DNA from: Mobula hypostoma
Lineage: Eukaryota
DNA length: 64,000 bases
Direction: 5' to 3'
NCBI RefSeq assembly: GCF_963921235.1
Contig: NC_086101.1
Coordinates: 310,001 to 374,000, forward strand
The notes beneath the pieces were generated by a model, which did not search any database, was not told where the DNA came from, and saw only the letters and a program-made list of their open reading frames with translations. The position numbers and the translations under genes were made by a program. Every line of letters begins with the position of its first letter. The first letter of the stretch is position 1. This document shows positions 1 to 12,482 of the stretch, in pieces.

Positions 1-1219
1 TTAGCAGTGAGGAGGATGCTAAGAGGATGCAGGGTGACTTGGATAGGTTGGGTGAGTGGGCAAATTCATGGCAGATGCAATTTAATGTGGATAAATGTGA
101 AGTTATCCACTTTGGTGGCAAAAATAGGAAAACAGATTATTATCTGAATGGTGGCCGATTAGGAAAAGGGGAGGTGCAACGAGACCTGGGTGTCATTATA
201 CACCAGTCATTGAAAGTGGGCATGCAGGTACAGCAGGCGGTGAAAAAGGCGAATGGTATGCTGGCATTTATAGCGAGAGGATTCGAGTACAGGAGCAGGG
301 AGGTACTACTGCAGTTGTACAAGGCCTTGGTGAGACCACAACTGGAGTATTGTGTGCAGTTTTGGTCCCCTAATCTGAGGAAAGACATTCTTGCCATGGA
401 GGGAGTACAAAGAAGGTTCATCAGATTGATTCCTGGGATGGCAGGACTTTCATATGATGAAAGACTGGATCGACTAGGTTTATATTCTCTGGAATTTAGA
501 AGATTGAGGGGGGATCTTATTGAAACGTATAAAATTCTAAAGGGATTGGACAGGCTAGATGCAGGAAGATTGTTCCCGATGTTGGGGAAGTCCAGAACGA
601 GAGGTCACAGTTTGAGGATAAAGGGGAAGCATAGAAACATAGAAAATAGGTGCAGGAGTAGGCCATTCGGCCCTTCGAGCCTGCACCGCTATTTATTATG
701 ATCATGGCTGATCATCCAACTCAGAACCCCGCCCCAGCCTTCCCTCCATACCCCCTGACCCCCGTAGCCACAAGGGCCATATCTAACTCCCTCTTAAACA
801 TAGCCAATGAACTGGCCTCAACAGTTTGCTGTGGCAGAGAATTCCACAGATTCACCACTCTCTGTGTGAAGAAGTTTTTCCTAATCTCGGTCCTAAAAGG
901 CTTCCCCTCTATCCTCAAACTGTGACCCCTCGTTCTGGACTTCCCCAACATCTCTTTTAGGACCGAGATTAGGAAAAACTTCTTCACACAGAGATTGGTG
1001 AATCTGTGGAATTCTCTGCCACAGGAAATAGTTGAGGCTAGTTCATTGGCTATATTTAAGAGGGAGTTAGATATGGCCCTTGTGGCTAAAGGGGTCGGGG
1101 GTACGGAGAGAAGGCAGGTACAGGGTACTGATTTGGATGATCAGCCATGATCGTACTGAATGGCGGCGCAGGATTGAAGGACCGAATGGCCTACTCCTGC
1201 ACCCATTTTCTATGTTTCT
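1..1219 (+). mobile_element. CR1 LINE 3' portion (subfamily D), interrupted at 630-953 by an antisense copy of the same subfamily
   Basis: ORF 27..701 has CR1 RT C-terminal motifs (WQMQFNVDKC, LVRPQLEYCVQFWSP, RRLRGDLIETYK). The host rejoins as GGGGAAGC|CTTTTAGGACC. TTTCTATG-type tail near 1219. Confidence 0.92.
630..953 (-). mobile_element. 5'-truncated CR1-D 3' end inserted antisense
   Basis: Begins with the reversed tail CATAGAAACATAGAAA. Minus-strand translation gives FRTEIRKNFFTQRVVNLWNSLP. Confidence 0.9.
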
Positions 1220-1221
1220 TT

Positions 1222-2592
1222 GTGGTTTCATATTGGGGGAGTAGGATCGGTGCTGGTGAGGCAAAAAGACAAAATAATCTCATCAAAGAGGTTGGAACCG
1301 TGCTTGGCCACAACCGGGGCTCTTTCGAGGTCGCGGTGGAGACGAGATCACTAAACAAATGGTCTTCAATTGGCGGACAATCGGGCACATCCTCTCCATG
1401 ACCTACTGCATCGGCAGCGGAGCACCCTTTCGCACAGAGTCACTCAGCACCGCTGTCACAAGAATCGTTACAGAAAATTTTTCCTATCAAATGTAATATA
1501 CAACAGTTCATCTGCTAATCTGCCACCCACAGCTCTAATCTGCGAATTAAATCTGCCAACAACACTACATTGATTGGCCTAATGTCAAATGATAATGAGG
1601 TGGCCTACAAGGAAGAAATCATCTCTCTGACACAATGGTGTCAGGAAAAAGGCCTCTCCCTGAATGTCGAAAAAATCAAGGAAGCTGGTTGTGGATTACA
1701 GGAGGAATGGGGACGGGCTAACCCTATTGACATCAATGGATCTGGGGTTGAGAGGGTGAACAGCTTTAAATTCTTCAGGATCTTCATCACCGAGGACCTC
1801 ACGTGGTCTGTACGCACAAGCTGTGCGGTGGAACAGGCACAACAGCGCCTCTTTCACCTCAGACGGTTGAGGAAGTTTGGTATGGGCCCCCAAAAGCTTA
1901 GAACTTTCTACAGGAGCACAACTGAGAGCATCCTGACTGGCTGCATCACTGCCTGGTATGGGAACTGTACCTCCTTTAATCGAAGGATTCTGCAGAAAGT
2001 GGTGCGCACAGCCAAGTGCATCTGTAGTTGTGAACTTCCCACGATTCAGGAAATTTACAAAGACAGGTATGTAAAAAGGGTCCGCAGGATCATTGGGTAC
2101 CCGAGTCACCCCAACCACAATCTGTTCCAGCTGCTACCATCGGGGCAACGCTACCGCAGCATAAAAGCCAGGACCAACAGGCTCCGGGACATCTTCTTCC
2201 ACCAGGAATCAGACGGCTTAACTCACGCTGATTTGAGTGTATTTCTATGTTGCATTGACTGTTCTGTTTATTATAAATTACTATGATTGCAGATTGCTCA
2301 TTTAAACGGAGGCGTAACGTAATTTTTTTTACTCCACATGTTTGTGAAGGATGTAAGAAATAAAGTCAATTGCATACATCTTTCTGCGATAGATCATAGT
2401 TCAATAGTCTCTGCAATTGTTTCATACGTTATTATTGCACATTGGTACCGTATTATTGTCTATATAATTATTCTCGACTTTATTTTTTGTTAAGTCTGCA
2501 CACCGCTAAGTGTGATTTTAAATATTGCTGCTGTAACGAAAGAATTTCCCACTCGGGATAAATAAAGTATTTATTATTATTATTATTATTAT
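1222..2592 (+). mobile_element. Degenerate Rex1-type LINE 3' end with a second Rex/Babar element nested at ~1514-2376
   Basis: HPLHDLL..RSTLSHR..RC remnants. 3' end GGGATAAATAAAGTA followed by (TTA)n at 2556-2592. Confidence 0.65.
1514..2376 (+). mobile_element. Rex1/Babar-clade LINE RT 3' fragment
   Basis: ORF 1570..2286: WCQEKGLSLNVEK, AQQRLFHLRRLRKFG, ESILTGCITAWYGN, HPNHNLFQLLPSGQRYRSI. AATAAA near 2360. Confidence 0.85.
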
Positions 2593-2594
2593 TT

Positions 2595-2829
2595 TCCAGC
2601 CCTATATCTCTTTCACCAATCAACTTCACGGCTCTTGACTTTACTCCTCCCCCTCTACCGTTTTCAGTCCGCCACATTCTGACTCCCTCCCTTCCTTTCC
2701 AGTCCCGACGAAGGGTCTCGGTCTGAAACGCTGACTGTTCACTCCTCTGCATAGCTGCTGCCTTCCCCCCGGAGTTCCTCCAGCATTTTGCGTGAGTTGC
2801 TTTGGATTTCCGCATCTGCCGATATTCTC
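2595..2829 (+). mobile_element. Degenerate Penelope terminal-repeat (pLTR) fragment with a mutated hammerhead motif
   Basis: Homologous to 25830-26056 (GAAGGGTCTCGG..TGAAACG..GACTG, CCAGCATTTTG, GCATCTGC). Confidence 0.75.
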
Positions 2830-2839
2830 CGGTTTAAAC

Positions 2840-3140
2840 AAATGCGCATGCGTGGACGTCATGCTCAGTCCCGAATACCGCGCATGCGCTGAGAACAGGA
2901 GACGCTCACGAAAACGGATGCAGGTAAGAGTCAGCTCCGGGCGGGAAAACCATAATCACTGGCGTCTGAAACGCGACCGAAAGACAATTACTGTTATTTC
3001 CAGGTACACTGGTGCTGTACCCCACGACGGTCCTGGTCCTTTCCCTCTCTCTCAGCCCCACGATCCGTACCCAGGCCCGAGGGAGCTTTTGACTCATGGG
3101 CCCTGATGCGGCCGTCGGCAGTTTTGCGGCGCATGCGTAT
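2840..3140 (+). promoter_or_regulatory. Putative CpG-rich promoter and non-coding first exon
   Basis: Three NRF1-type GCGCATGCG motifs (2843-2852, 2880-2889, 3129-3137), CRE-like GGACGTCA at 2854-2861, strong donor CAG|GTAAGA at 2921-2929. Non-repetitive, CpG-rich island. Confidence 0.6.
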
Positions 3141-3384
3141 TCCTGCATTTTTTTTTGTATGGCGGATAGAGAGGCTTCTCTTCCTGAAGGCTTCTGGGTA
3201 AAGAGGCAGCCATAGGCGATAGTACTGGCGTTGTTCCATACAGTCGAAGGAAATGGGAGTGGATGTATCTCCAAAACACTGCCGATCTCCAGCTATGTAA
3301 ATCCGAGGATTATGAACTCGGAACAAAAATATTAATTTCGGATGAAAAGTTTACCTTCCAGTCAGTGAGAATGTCAATTAGTGT

Positions 3385-6150
3385 AGTATGGATCATTGGG
3401 ACCTCTTCTGGGGCAAGTGGGACCTGTACAAGAGAGACGGGTTACACTTGAACTACAAGGGGACGCAATATCCTTTCAGGGAGGTTTTTTGGTGCTACTG
3501 GGGAGGCTTTAAACTAGATTTGCAAGGGGATGGGAACCAGAGTGCCAGAGCTGACAGTGGGGCTGGGGTGAAAATATATGATGTTAAAAGTTCAAGAATA
3601 GCTGCAAATAGAAATGTTGTGAGTGCTGGTAAAAATCTTCTGAGGTGTATATATTTCAATGCTAGGAGTATTGCGAGGAAGGCAGAAGAGTTCATGGCGT
3701 GGATTGACATGTGGAATTATGACATTATAGCAATTAGTGAAACTTGGCTACAGGATGGGCAGGACTTCCAGGGTTCCGATGTTTCAGATGTGATAGAGGC
3801 GGAGGAAGGAAAGGTGCGGGGGTAGCATTGCTAGTCAGGGAAATTGTTACAGCAGTGCTCAGGCAGGACAGATTAGAGGGTTTGTCTACTGAGTCCTTAT
3901 GGGTGGAGCTGAGAAACAGGAAAGGGATGGCCACATTAGTGGGGTTGTATCATAGACCACCCAATGGTCAGCGAGAATTGGAGGAGCACATCTGCAGAGA
4001 GATAGCAGGCAACTGCAGGAAACATAAAGTTGTGGTGCTCGGGGATTTTAATTTTCCACATATTGATTGGGACTCCCATACTGTTAAGGGTCTAGATGGG
4101 TTAGAGTTTGTAAAATGTGTTCAGGAAAGTTTTCTAAATCAATATATAGAGGCACCAACTACAGGTTATGCAATATTAGATCTCCTATTAAGAAACGAGT
4201 TAGGACAAGTGATGGAAGTGTGTGTAGGAGAGCACTTTGGTTCCAGTGATCATAACACCATGAGTTTCAACTTGATCATGGACAAGGATAGATCTGGTCC
4301 TAGGATTGAGGTTCTAAACTGGAAGAAGGCCAAATTTGAAGAAATGAGAAAGGATCTAAAAAGTGTGGATTGGGACAGGTTGCTCTCTGGCAAAGATATG
4401 ATCGGTGAGTGGGAAGCCTTAAAAGGAGAAATTTTGAGAGTGCAGAGTTTGTATGTTCCTGTCAGGATTAAAGGCAAAGTGAATAGGAATAAGGAACCTT
4501 GGTTCTCAAGGGATATTGCAACTCTGATAAAGAAGAAGAGAGGGTTGTATGACATGTATAGGAAACAGGGAGTAAATAAGGTGCTTGAGGAGTGTAAAAA
4601 GTGCAAGAAAATACTTAAGAAGGAAATCAGGAGGGTGAAAAGAAGACAATAGCTTGCCTTGGCAGTCAAAGTGAAGGATAATCCTAAGAGCTTTTACAGG
4701 TATATTAAGAGTGAAAGGATTGTAAGGGATAAAATTGGTTCTCTTGAAGATCAGGATGGTTGGCTATGTGCGGAACCAAAAGAAATGGGGGAGATCTTAA
4801 ATGGGTTTTTTGCGTTTGTATTTACTAAGGAAACTGGCATGAAGTCTATGGAATTAAGGGAAACAAGTAGTGAGATCATGGAAACTGTACAAATTGAAAA
4901 GGAGGAGGTGCTTGCTGTCTTGAGGTAAATTAAAGTTGATAAATCCCCAGGACCTGACAGGGTATTACCTCGGACCTTGAAGGAGACTAGTGTTGAAATT
5001 GCAGGGGCCCTGGCAGAAATATTTAAAATGTCGGTGTCTACAGGTGAGGTGCCGGATGATTGGACAATGGCTCATGTTGTTCCGTTGTTTAAAAAAGAAT
5101 CAAAGAGTAATCCGGGAAATTACAGGCCGGTAAGTTTGACGTTAGTAGTGGGTAAGCTATTGGAGGGAGTATTAAGAGACAGAATCTACAAGCATTTGGA
5201 TAGACAGGGACTTGTTAGGGAGAGTCAACATGGCTTTGTGCTTGGTAGGTCATGTTTGAGCAATCTGTTGGAGTTTTTCGAGGAGGTTACCAGGAAAGTG
5301 GATGAAGGGAAGGCAGTGGATATTGTCTACATGGACTTCAGTAAGGCCTTTGACAATGTCCCGCATGGGAGGTTAGTTAGGGAAATTCAGTCACTTGGTA
5401 TACATGGAGAGGTGGTAAATTGGATTAGACATTATCTCAATGGAAGAAGTCAAAGAGTGGTAGTAGAGAATTGCTTCTCCGAGTGGAGGCCTGTGACTAG
5501 TGGTGTGCCACAGGGATCAGTGCTGGGTCCATTGTTATTTGTCATCTATATCAATGATCTGGATGATAATGTGGTAAACTGGATGATAATGTGATACAAA
5601 GATTGGAGGTGTAGTGGACAGTGAGGAAGCTTTTCAAAGTTTGCAGAGGGATTTGGTGCAGCTGGAAAAATGGGCTGAAAAATAGCAGATAGAGTTTAAT
5701 AGAGACAAGTCTGAGGTATTGCACTTTAGAAGGACAAACCAAGGCAGAACATACAGGGTAAATGGTAAGGCACTGAGGAGTGCAGTAGAAAAGAGGGATC
5801 TGGGAATAAAGATACAAAATTCCCTAAAAGTGGCTTCACAGGTAGATAGCGTTATAAAGAGAGCTTTTGGTACATTGGCCTTTATTAATCAAAGTATTGA
5901 GTATAAGAGCTGGAATGTTATGATGAGGTTGTATAAGGCATTGGTGAGGCCGAATCTGGAGTATTGTGTTCAGTTTTGGTCACCAAATTACAGGAAGGAT
6001 ATTAATAAGGTTGAAAGAGTGCAGAGAAGGTTTACAAGGGTGTTGCCGGGACTTCTGAAATTCAGTTACAGAGAAAGATTGATTAGGTTCGGACTTTATT
6101 CCCTGGAGCGTAGAAGAATGAGGGGAGATTTGATAGAGGTGTATAATATT
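3385..6150 (+). mobile_element. CR1 LINE subfamily A: end of ORF1 plus most of ORF2 (APE endonuclease and RT), disrupted; continues at 12483
   Basis: [57 protein letters not shown]. Several stops and frameshifts. Confidence 0.93.
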
Positions 6151-6809
6151 GTACTTTATACTTTATTGTCGCCAAACAATAGGTTCTAGAATGTACAATC
6201 ATCACAGCGATATTTGATTCTGCGCTTCACACTCCCTGGATCACAAATATTAAATATTATAAATATTAAAAATAGTTAAAATGAGTAAATATTAAAAATT
6301 ATATATCATAAATAGAAAATAGGTAAATAGGAAGTAAGGTAGTGCAAAAAAACCGAGAGTCAGGTCCGGATATTTGGAGGGTATGGCCCAGATCCGGGTC
6401 AGGATCCGTTCAGCAGTCTTATCACAGTTGGAAAGAAGCTGTTCCCAAATCTGGCCGTACGAGTCTTCAAGCTTCTGAACCTTCTCCCAGAGGGAAGAGG
6501 GATGAAAAGTCTGCTGGCTGGGTGGGTCGTGTCCTTGATTATCCAGGCAGCACTGCTCCGACAGTGTGCGGTGTAAAGTGAGTCCAAGGATGGAAGATTG
6601 GTTTGTGTGATGTACTGCGCCGTGTTCACAATCTTCTGCAGCTTCGTTTGGTCTTGGACAGGACAACTTCCACACCAGGTTGTGATGCACCCTAGAAGAA
6701 TGCTTTCTACGGTGCATCTATAAAATTTAGTGAGAGTTTTAGGGGACAGGCCAAATGTCTTTAGTTTTCTCAGGAAGTAAAGGCGTTGGTGGGCCTTCTT
6801 GGCAGTGAA
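6151..6809 (-). mobile_element. Rex1/Babar LINE, 3' part (split by CR1-B)
   Basis: ORF 6399..6905: KAHQRLYFLRKL, ESILLGCITTWCG, LPSGRRFRSL. GACAATAAAGTATAAAGTA tail on minus at 6152-6170. Confidence 0.9.
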
Positions 6810-8145
6810 AGTGGCCAGTGCGTGAGTGGGCCAGTGAAGGACTGGAGCTTTGAGGCTTTGACTCGAGAGGTTTTGGCAGTTGGTCTGTGCAATCAAGTCA
6901 ATCAAGATTTGAATAAGCTCAGACTCAGCAGAAAGCAGCTAATTGGGCAGTGGAGGTCAGGTGACCAGACATTTTGAAAAGCTCAAACAGATAAATAGAG
7001 GGATAGCTCAAGCGAAGCGGCCAGTGATTGAGTGGACCAGTGAAGGAGTGGAGCTTTGAGGCTTTGACTCGAGAGGCTTTGATGAGAAGAGGCGGAGGAC
7101 AAGCTAGTTCGCAGTTAGTTTTCACAATGTCTCCTGAGATGGTGATGTGCCTCTCATTTGAGATGTGGCAGTCTTGGGAGAACTCCCCTCTCCCGCAGAG
7201 TCACATCTGCCAGAAGTGCATACGGCTGGGCCATCTGGAAGACCGTGTAAGGAATCTGGAGCAGCAGCTGGATGACCTTTGACTCATAAGGGAGAATGAG
7301 GCAGTCATAGATGAGAGCTACAGGAAGGTAGTCACACCTAGGCTGTCGGAAGCAGGTTGTTGGGTGACAGTCAGAAGGGGGGGAAGTGAAGGTGAGCAGA
7401 CAGGTAGTGCAGAGCACCCCTGTAGCCATTCCCCTGAATAATAAGTTTACCATCCTGGATACTGTTGGTGGGGACGACCGACCAGGTGTGAGCCACGGTG
7501 GCAGGGCCTCCAGCACTGAGTCTGACCCTGTGGTGCAGGAGGGTGGGACGGAGAAGAGGAGAGCTGCCTGGTACGAGAGGGAAAGCAACCAGAAGTCGTG
7601 ATATATGTTGGGACCAACGACATAGGCAGGAAGAGGGATGTGGTCCTGAAGTGTGAGTTTCGGGAACTAGGCAGAAGGCTGAAGAACAGGACCTCAAGGG
7701 TGGAGTTCTCAGGATTGCTGCCAGTGCTACGTGACAGTGATGGTAAGAATTGGAGGAGATGGCAGTTGAATGCGTGGCTGAGGAGTTGGTGCAGGGAGCA
7801 GGGTTTTAGATTTTTAGATCATTGGGATCTCTTCTGGGGAAGTGGGACCTGTACAGATTGGATGGGTTGCACCTGAACTCGAAGGGGAGCAATATCCTTG
7901 CAGGTAGGTTTGCTAGCATGGTTCGGCAGGGTTTAAACTAATTTGCGAGAGGGATGGGACCCAGAGTGATAGAGCAGTGAAAGAAGTGCATGGAGTAAAG
8001 CCAGATCTAACATACAGAGAGGCTTTGAGGAAAGAGAAGCAGAATACAAGGTGTAAAGACAGTAAGGTAGAAGGGCTGAAATGTGTGTACCTCAATGCAA
8101 GAAGCATCAGGAACAAAGGTGATGAACTGAGAGCTTGGATACATA

Positions 8146-8270
8146 AACAACAGGAATTCTGCAGATGCTGGAAATTCAAGCAACACACATAAAAGTTGCT
8201 GGTGAACGCAGCAGGCCAGGCAGCATCTCTAGGAAGAGGTGCAGTCGACGTTTCAGGCCGAGACCCTAGT
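8146..8270 (-). mobile_element. 125-bp Penelope terminal fragment with 14-bp TSD
   Basis: Near-identical to the reverse complement of 25934-26056. AGCTTGGATACATA at both 8132-8145 and 8271-8284. Confidence 0.9.
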
Positions 8271-8409
8271 AGCTTGGATACATACATGGAATTGTGATGT
8301 AGTGGCCATTACAGAGACTTGGCTGGCACCAGGGCAGGAATGGATTCTCAATATTCCTGGATTTCAGTGTTTTAAAAGGGATGGAGAGGGCGGAAAATGG
8401 GGAGGAGGG

Positions 8410-8452
8410 GTGGCATTACTGGTCAGTGGCATTACTGGTCAGTGGCATTACT
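8410..8452 (+). repeat. 16-bp tandem repeat GTGGCATTACTGGTCA x2.7 frameshifting CR1-B ORF2
   Basis: Direct reading of the sequence. Confidence 0.85.
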
Positions 8453-11088
8453 ATTACAGCTACAGAAAGGGTGGGTAATGTAGCAGGATCCTCTTTTGAG
8501 TCAATATGGGTGGAAGTCAGGAACAGGAAGGGAGCAGGTACTCTATTTGGGGTATTCTATAGGCCCCCTGGTAGCAGCAGAGATACAGAGGAGCAGATTG
8601 GGAGGCAGATTTTGGAAAGGTGCAAAAATAACAGGGTTGTTATCATGGGTGACTTTCACTTCCCTGATATTGATTGGCACCTGATTAGTTCCAAGGGTTT
8701 AGATGGGGCAGAGTTAGTTAAGTGTGTCCAGGACGGATTCCTGTCACAGTATGTGGACAGGCCGACCAGGGGGAATGCCATATCAGATCTAGTACTAGGT
8801 AATGAACCGGGTCAGGTCACAGATCTCTCAGTGGGTGAGCATCTGGGGGACAGTGACCACCACTCCCTGGCCTTTAGCATTATCATGGAAAAGGATAGAA
8901 TCAGAGAGGACAGGAAAATTTTTAATTGGGGAACGGCAAATTATGAGGCTATAAGGCTAGAACTTGCGGGTGTGAATTGGGATGATGTTTTTGCAAGGAA
9001 ATGTAGTATGGACATGTGGCCGATGTTTAGAGATCTCTTGCGGGATGTTAGGGACAAATTTGTCCTGGTGAAGAAGATAAAGAATGGTAGGGTGAAGGAA
9101 CCATGGGTGACAAGTGAGGTGGAAAATCTAGTCAGGTGGAAGAAGGCAGCATACATGAGGTTTAGGAAGCAAGGATCAGATGGGTCTATTGAGGAATATA
9201 GGGAAGCAAGAAAGGAGCTTAAGGCGCTGAGAAGAGCAAGAAGGGGGCATGAGAAGGCCTTGGCGAGTAGGGTAAAGGAAAACAAGGCATTCTTCAATTA
9301 TGTGAAGAAAAAAAAGAATTAGAGGAGTGAAGGTAGGACCGATTAGAGACAGAGGTGGGAAGATGTGCCTGGAGGCTGTGGAAGTGAGCGAGGTCCTCAA
9401 TGAATACTTCTCTTCGGTATTCACCAATGAGAGGGAACTTGATAATGGTGAGGCAAATATGAGTGAGGTTGATGTTCTGGAGCATGTTGATGTTACGGGA
9501 GAGGAGGTGTTGGAGTTATTAAAATGCATTAGGATGGATAAGTCCCCGGGGCCTGACGGAATATTCCCCAGGCTGCTCCACGAGGCGAGAGAAGAGATTG
9601 CTGAGCCTCTGGCGAGGATCTTTATGTCCTCGTTGTCCATGGGAATGGTACCGGAGGATTGGAGAGAGGCGAATGTTGTCCCCTTGTTCAAAAAAGGTAG
9701 TAGGGATAGTCCGGGTAATTATAGACCAGTAATTAAGTGAGCCTTACGTCTCTGATGGGAAAACTGTTGGAAAAGATTCTTAGAGATTGGATCTATAGGC
9801 ATTTAGAGAATCATGGTCTGATCAGGGACAGTCAGCATAGCTTTGTGACGGGCAGATCGTGTCTAACAAGCCTGATAGAGTTCTTTGAGGAGGTGACCAG
9901 GCATATAGATGAGGGTAGTGCAGTAGATGTGATCTATATGGATTTTAGTAAGGCATTTGACAAGGTTCCACACAGTAGGCTTATTCAGAAAGTTAGAAGG
10001 CAAGGGATCCAGGGAGGTTTGGCCAGGTGGATTCAGAATTGGCTTGCCTGCAGAATGCAGAGGGTGGTGGTGGAGGGAGTACATTCAGATTGGAGATTGT
10101 GACTAGTGGTGTCCCACAAGGATCTGTTCTGGGACCTCTACTTTTCGTGATTTTTATTAACGCCCTGGATGTGGGGGTAGATGGGTGGGTTGGCAAATTT
10201 GCAGATGACACAAAGGTTGGTGGTGTTGTAGATAGTGTAGAGGATTGTCAAAGATTGCAGAGAGACATTGATAGGATGCAGAACTGGGCTGAGAAGTGGC
10301 AGTTGGAGTTCAACCCGGAGAAGTGTGAGATGGTACACTTTGGAAGGACAAACTCCAAGGCAGAGTACAAAGTAAATGGCAGTATACTTGGCAGTGTGGA
10401 GGAGCAGAGGGATCTCGGGGTACATGTCCACAGATCCCTGAAAGTTGCCTCACAGGTGGATAGGGTAGTTAAGAAAGCTTATGGGGTGTTAGCTTTCCTA
10501 AGTCGAGGGATAGAGTTTAAGAGTCGCGATGTAATGATGCAGCTCTATAAAACTCTGGTTAGGCCACACTTGGAGTATTGTGTCCAGTTCTGGTCACCTC
10601 ACTATAGGAAGGATGTGGAAGCATTGGAAAGGGTACAGAGGAGATTTACCAGGATGCTGCCTGGTTTAGAAAGTATGCATTATGATCAGAGATTAAGGGA
10701 GCTGGGGCTTTACTCTTTGGAGAGAAGGAGGATGAGAGGAGACATCATAGAGGTGTACAAGATAATAAGAGGAATAGATAGAGTGGATAGCCAGGGCCTC
10801 TACCCCAGCGCAACATTGCTCAATACAAGAGGACATGGCTTTAAGGTAAGGGGTGGGAAGTTCAAGGGGGATATTAGAGGAAGGTTTTTTACTCAGAGGG
10901 TGGTTGGTGCGTGGAATGCACTGCCTGAGTCAGTGGTGGAGGCAGATACACTAGTGAAGTTTAAGAGACTGCTAGACAGTTATATGGGGGAATTTAAGGT
11001 GGGAGCTTATATGGGAGGCAGGGTTTGGGGGTCGGCACAACATTGTGGGCCGAAGGGCCTGTACTGTGCTGTACTATTCTATGTTCTA

Positions 11089-12482
11089 TGAACTCTGCTT
11101 TGTTGGACTAAGTCAGGACATTTGTGATATTGACCCCGAGCAACTTAAAGCTTTTGACCTGTTCCACTTGTGCACCACTGATGTAAATTGGGTCGTGCGG
11201 TCCGCTACTCCTTCTGAAGTCAACAACCAATTCCTTTGTCTTGCTGATGTTGAGGGATAGGTTTTTGTCTTCGTACCATGCCACCAGGTTCTTAATTTCC
11301 TCTCTGTACTCAAGCTCATCATTACCCAAGATACGGCCTACAATTGTTGTGTCATCAGCAAACTTATATAATGAGTTTGATGAAAACTTGTCTACACGAT
11401 CATGGGTGTTCAGTATAGCAGGGGGCTGAGTACACAGCCTTGTGGGGCACCGGTGCTCAGAGTGATTGTAGAGGAGAGCTTGTCCCCTATTTTTACAGCC
11501 TGGGTCCTGTCTGTGAGGAAGCTGAAGATCCAGCTGCAGATCTGAGTGCTGAGGCCCAGGTTCCGGAGCTTAGGAATCAGTTTATTTGGAATGATGGTAT
11601 TAAAGGCAGAGCTGTAGTCAATGAAAAGGAGCCTTACGTATTCGTCTTTATTCTCCAGGTGTTCTAAGGCGGAGTGTAGGGCCAGAGAGATGGCATCTGC
11701 TGTTGACCTGTTGCTCCGGTAGGCGATTTGCAAAGCGTCGAGATTGACTGGTAGGCTGTGGTTGATGTGTGCCATAACCAATCTCTCAAAGCACTTCATA
11801 GCAATTGATGTCAGAGCCACAGGTCGATAGTCATTCAGGCATGCCACCTTGCTCTTCTTCGGCACTGGGATTATCGTTGCCTTCTTAAAACACGAGAGGA
11901 TGTTAGACTGAAGCAAGGAGCAGTTGAAGATGTCAGCAAACACTCCAGCTGGCTCGCTTGCACAGGCCCGAAGAACCCATCCCGGGATGCCATCTGGGCC
12001 CGTCACCTTCCTTGGATTTATCTTCAGGAAGGCCCTTCTAACGTCCTCCTCGGTGACGATGAATCTTGATGTTACCAGGTCCGGTTCATCCGGAGGGAGA
12101 GGGATGCTCCTCTTCTGTTCGAATCTTGCGTAGAATACGTTAAGTTCGTCAGGAAGAGAAGCGCCACAGCTTTTGATATTCCCAGCCTTTTCTTTGCGCC
12201 CAGTGATCTTATTTAGACCCTGCCATAGTCTACTGGCATCCCTCTGGTTAGCCTGGGTTTCCAACTTGGCTCGATATTGGCTCTTGGTGCCCTTAATGGC
12301 TTTCCGGAGTTCATGCCTGGATTCCGTGTAGTGACTATTATCCCCGGACCTAAAAGCTGCAGCTCTAGCCTTCAAAAGGGACTGGACCTCATAATTCATC
12401 CAAGGTGTCCGGTGAGGGAATACCCGGATCGTCTTGCGAGACACACAGTCCTCCGTACATTTCCAGACAAAGTCCGTGACAG
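11089..12482 (-). mobile_element. Rex1/Babar LINE, RT part (5'-truncated)
   Basis: ORF 11410..12525: NDYRPVALTS, LFIDYSSAFNTI, TGAPQGCVLSPLLY. FADDTT at ~11340-11360. Joins 6809 in frame as AEFTAKKAHQ. Confidence 0.92.

Larger units (their letters stand above)
6810..11090 (+). mobile_element. Full-length CR1 LINE subfamily B (5'UTR, ORF1 zinc finger/leucine zipper/esterase, ORF2 APE-RT), inactivated
   Basis: ORF1 remnants MVMC..EMW..HICQKC..LEQQLDDL and YVGTNDI. ORF2 YLNARSI, GDFHFP, FADDTK. TTCTATGTTCTATG tail. Flanks rejoin as GGCAGTGAA|CTCTGC (short TGAA overlap). Confidence 0.93.
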
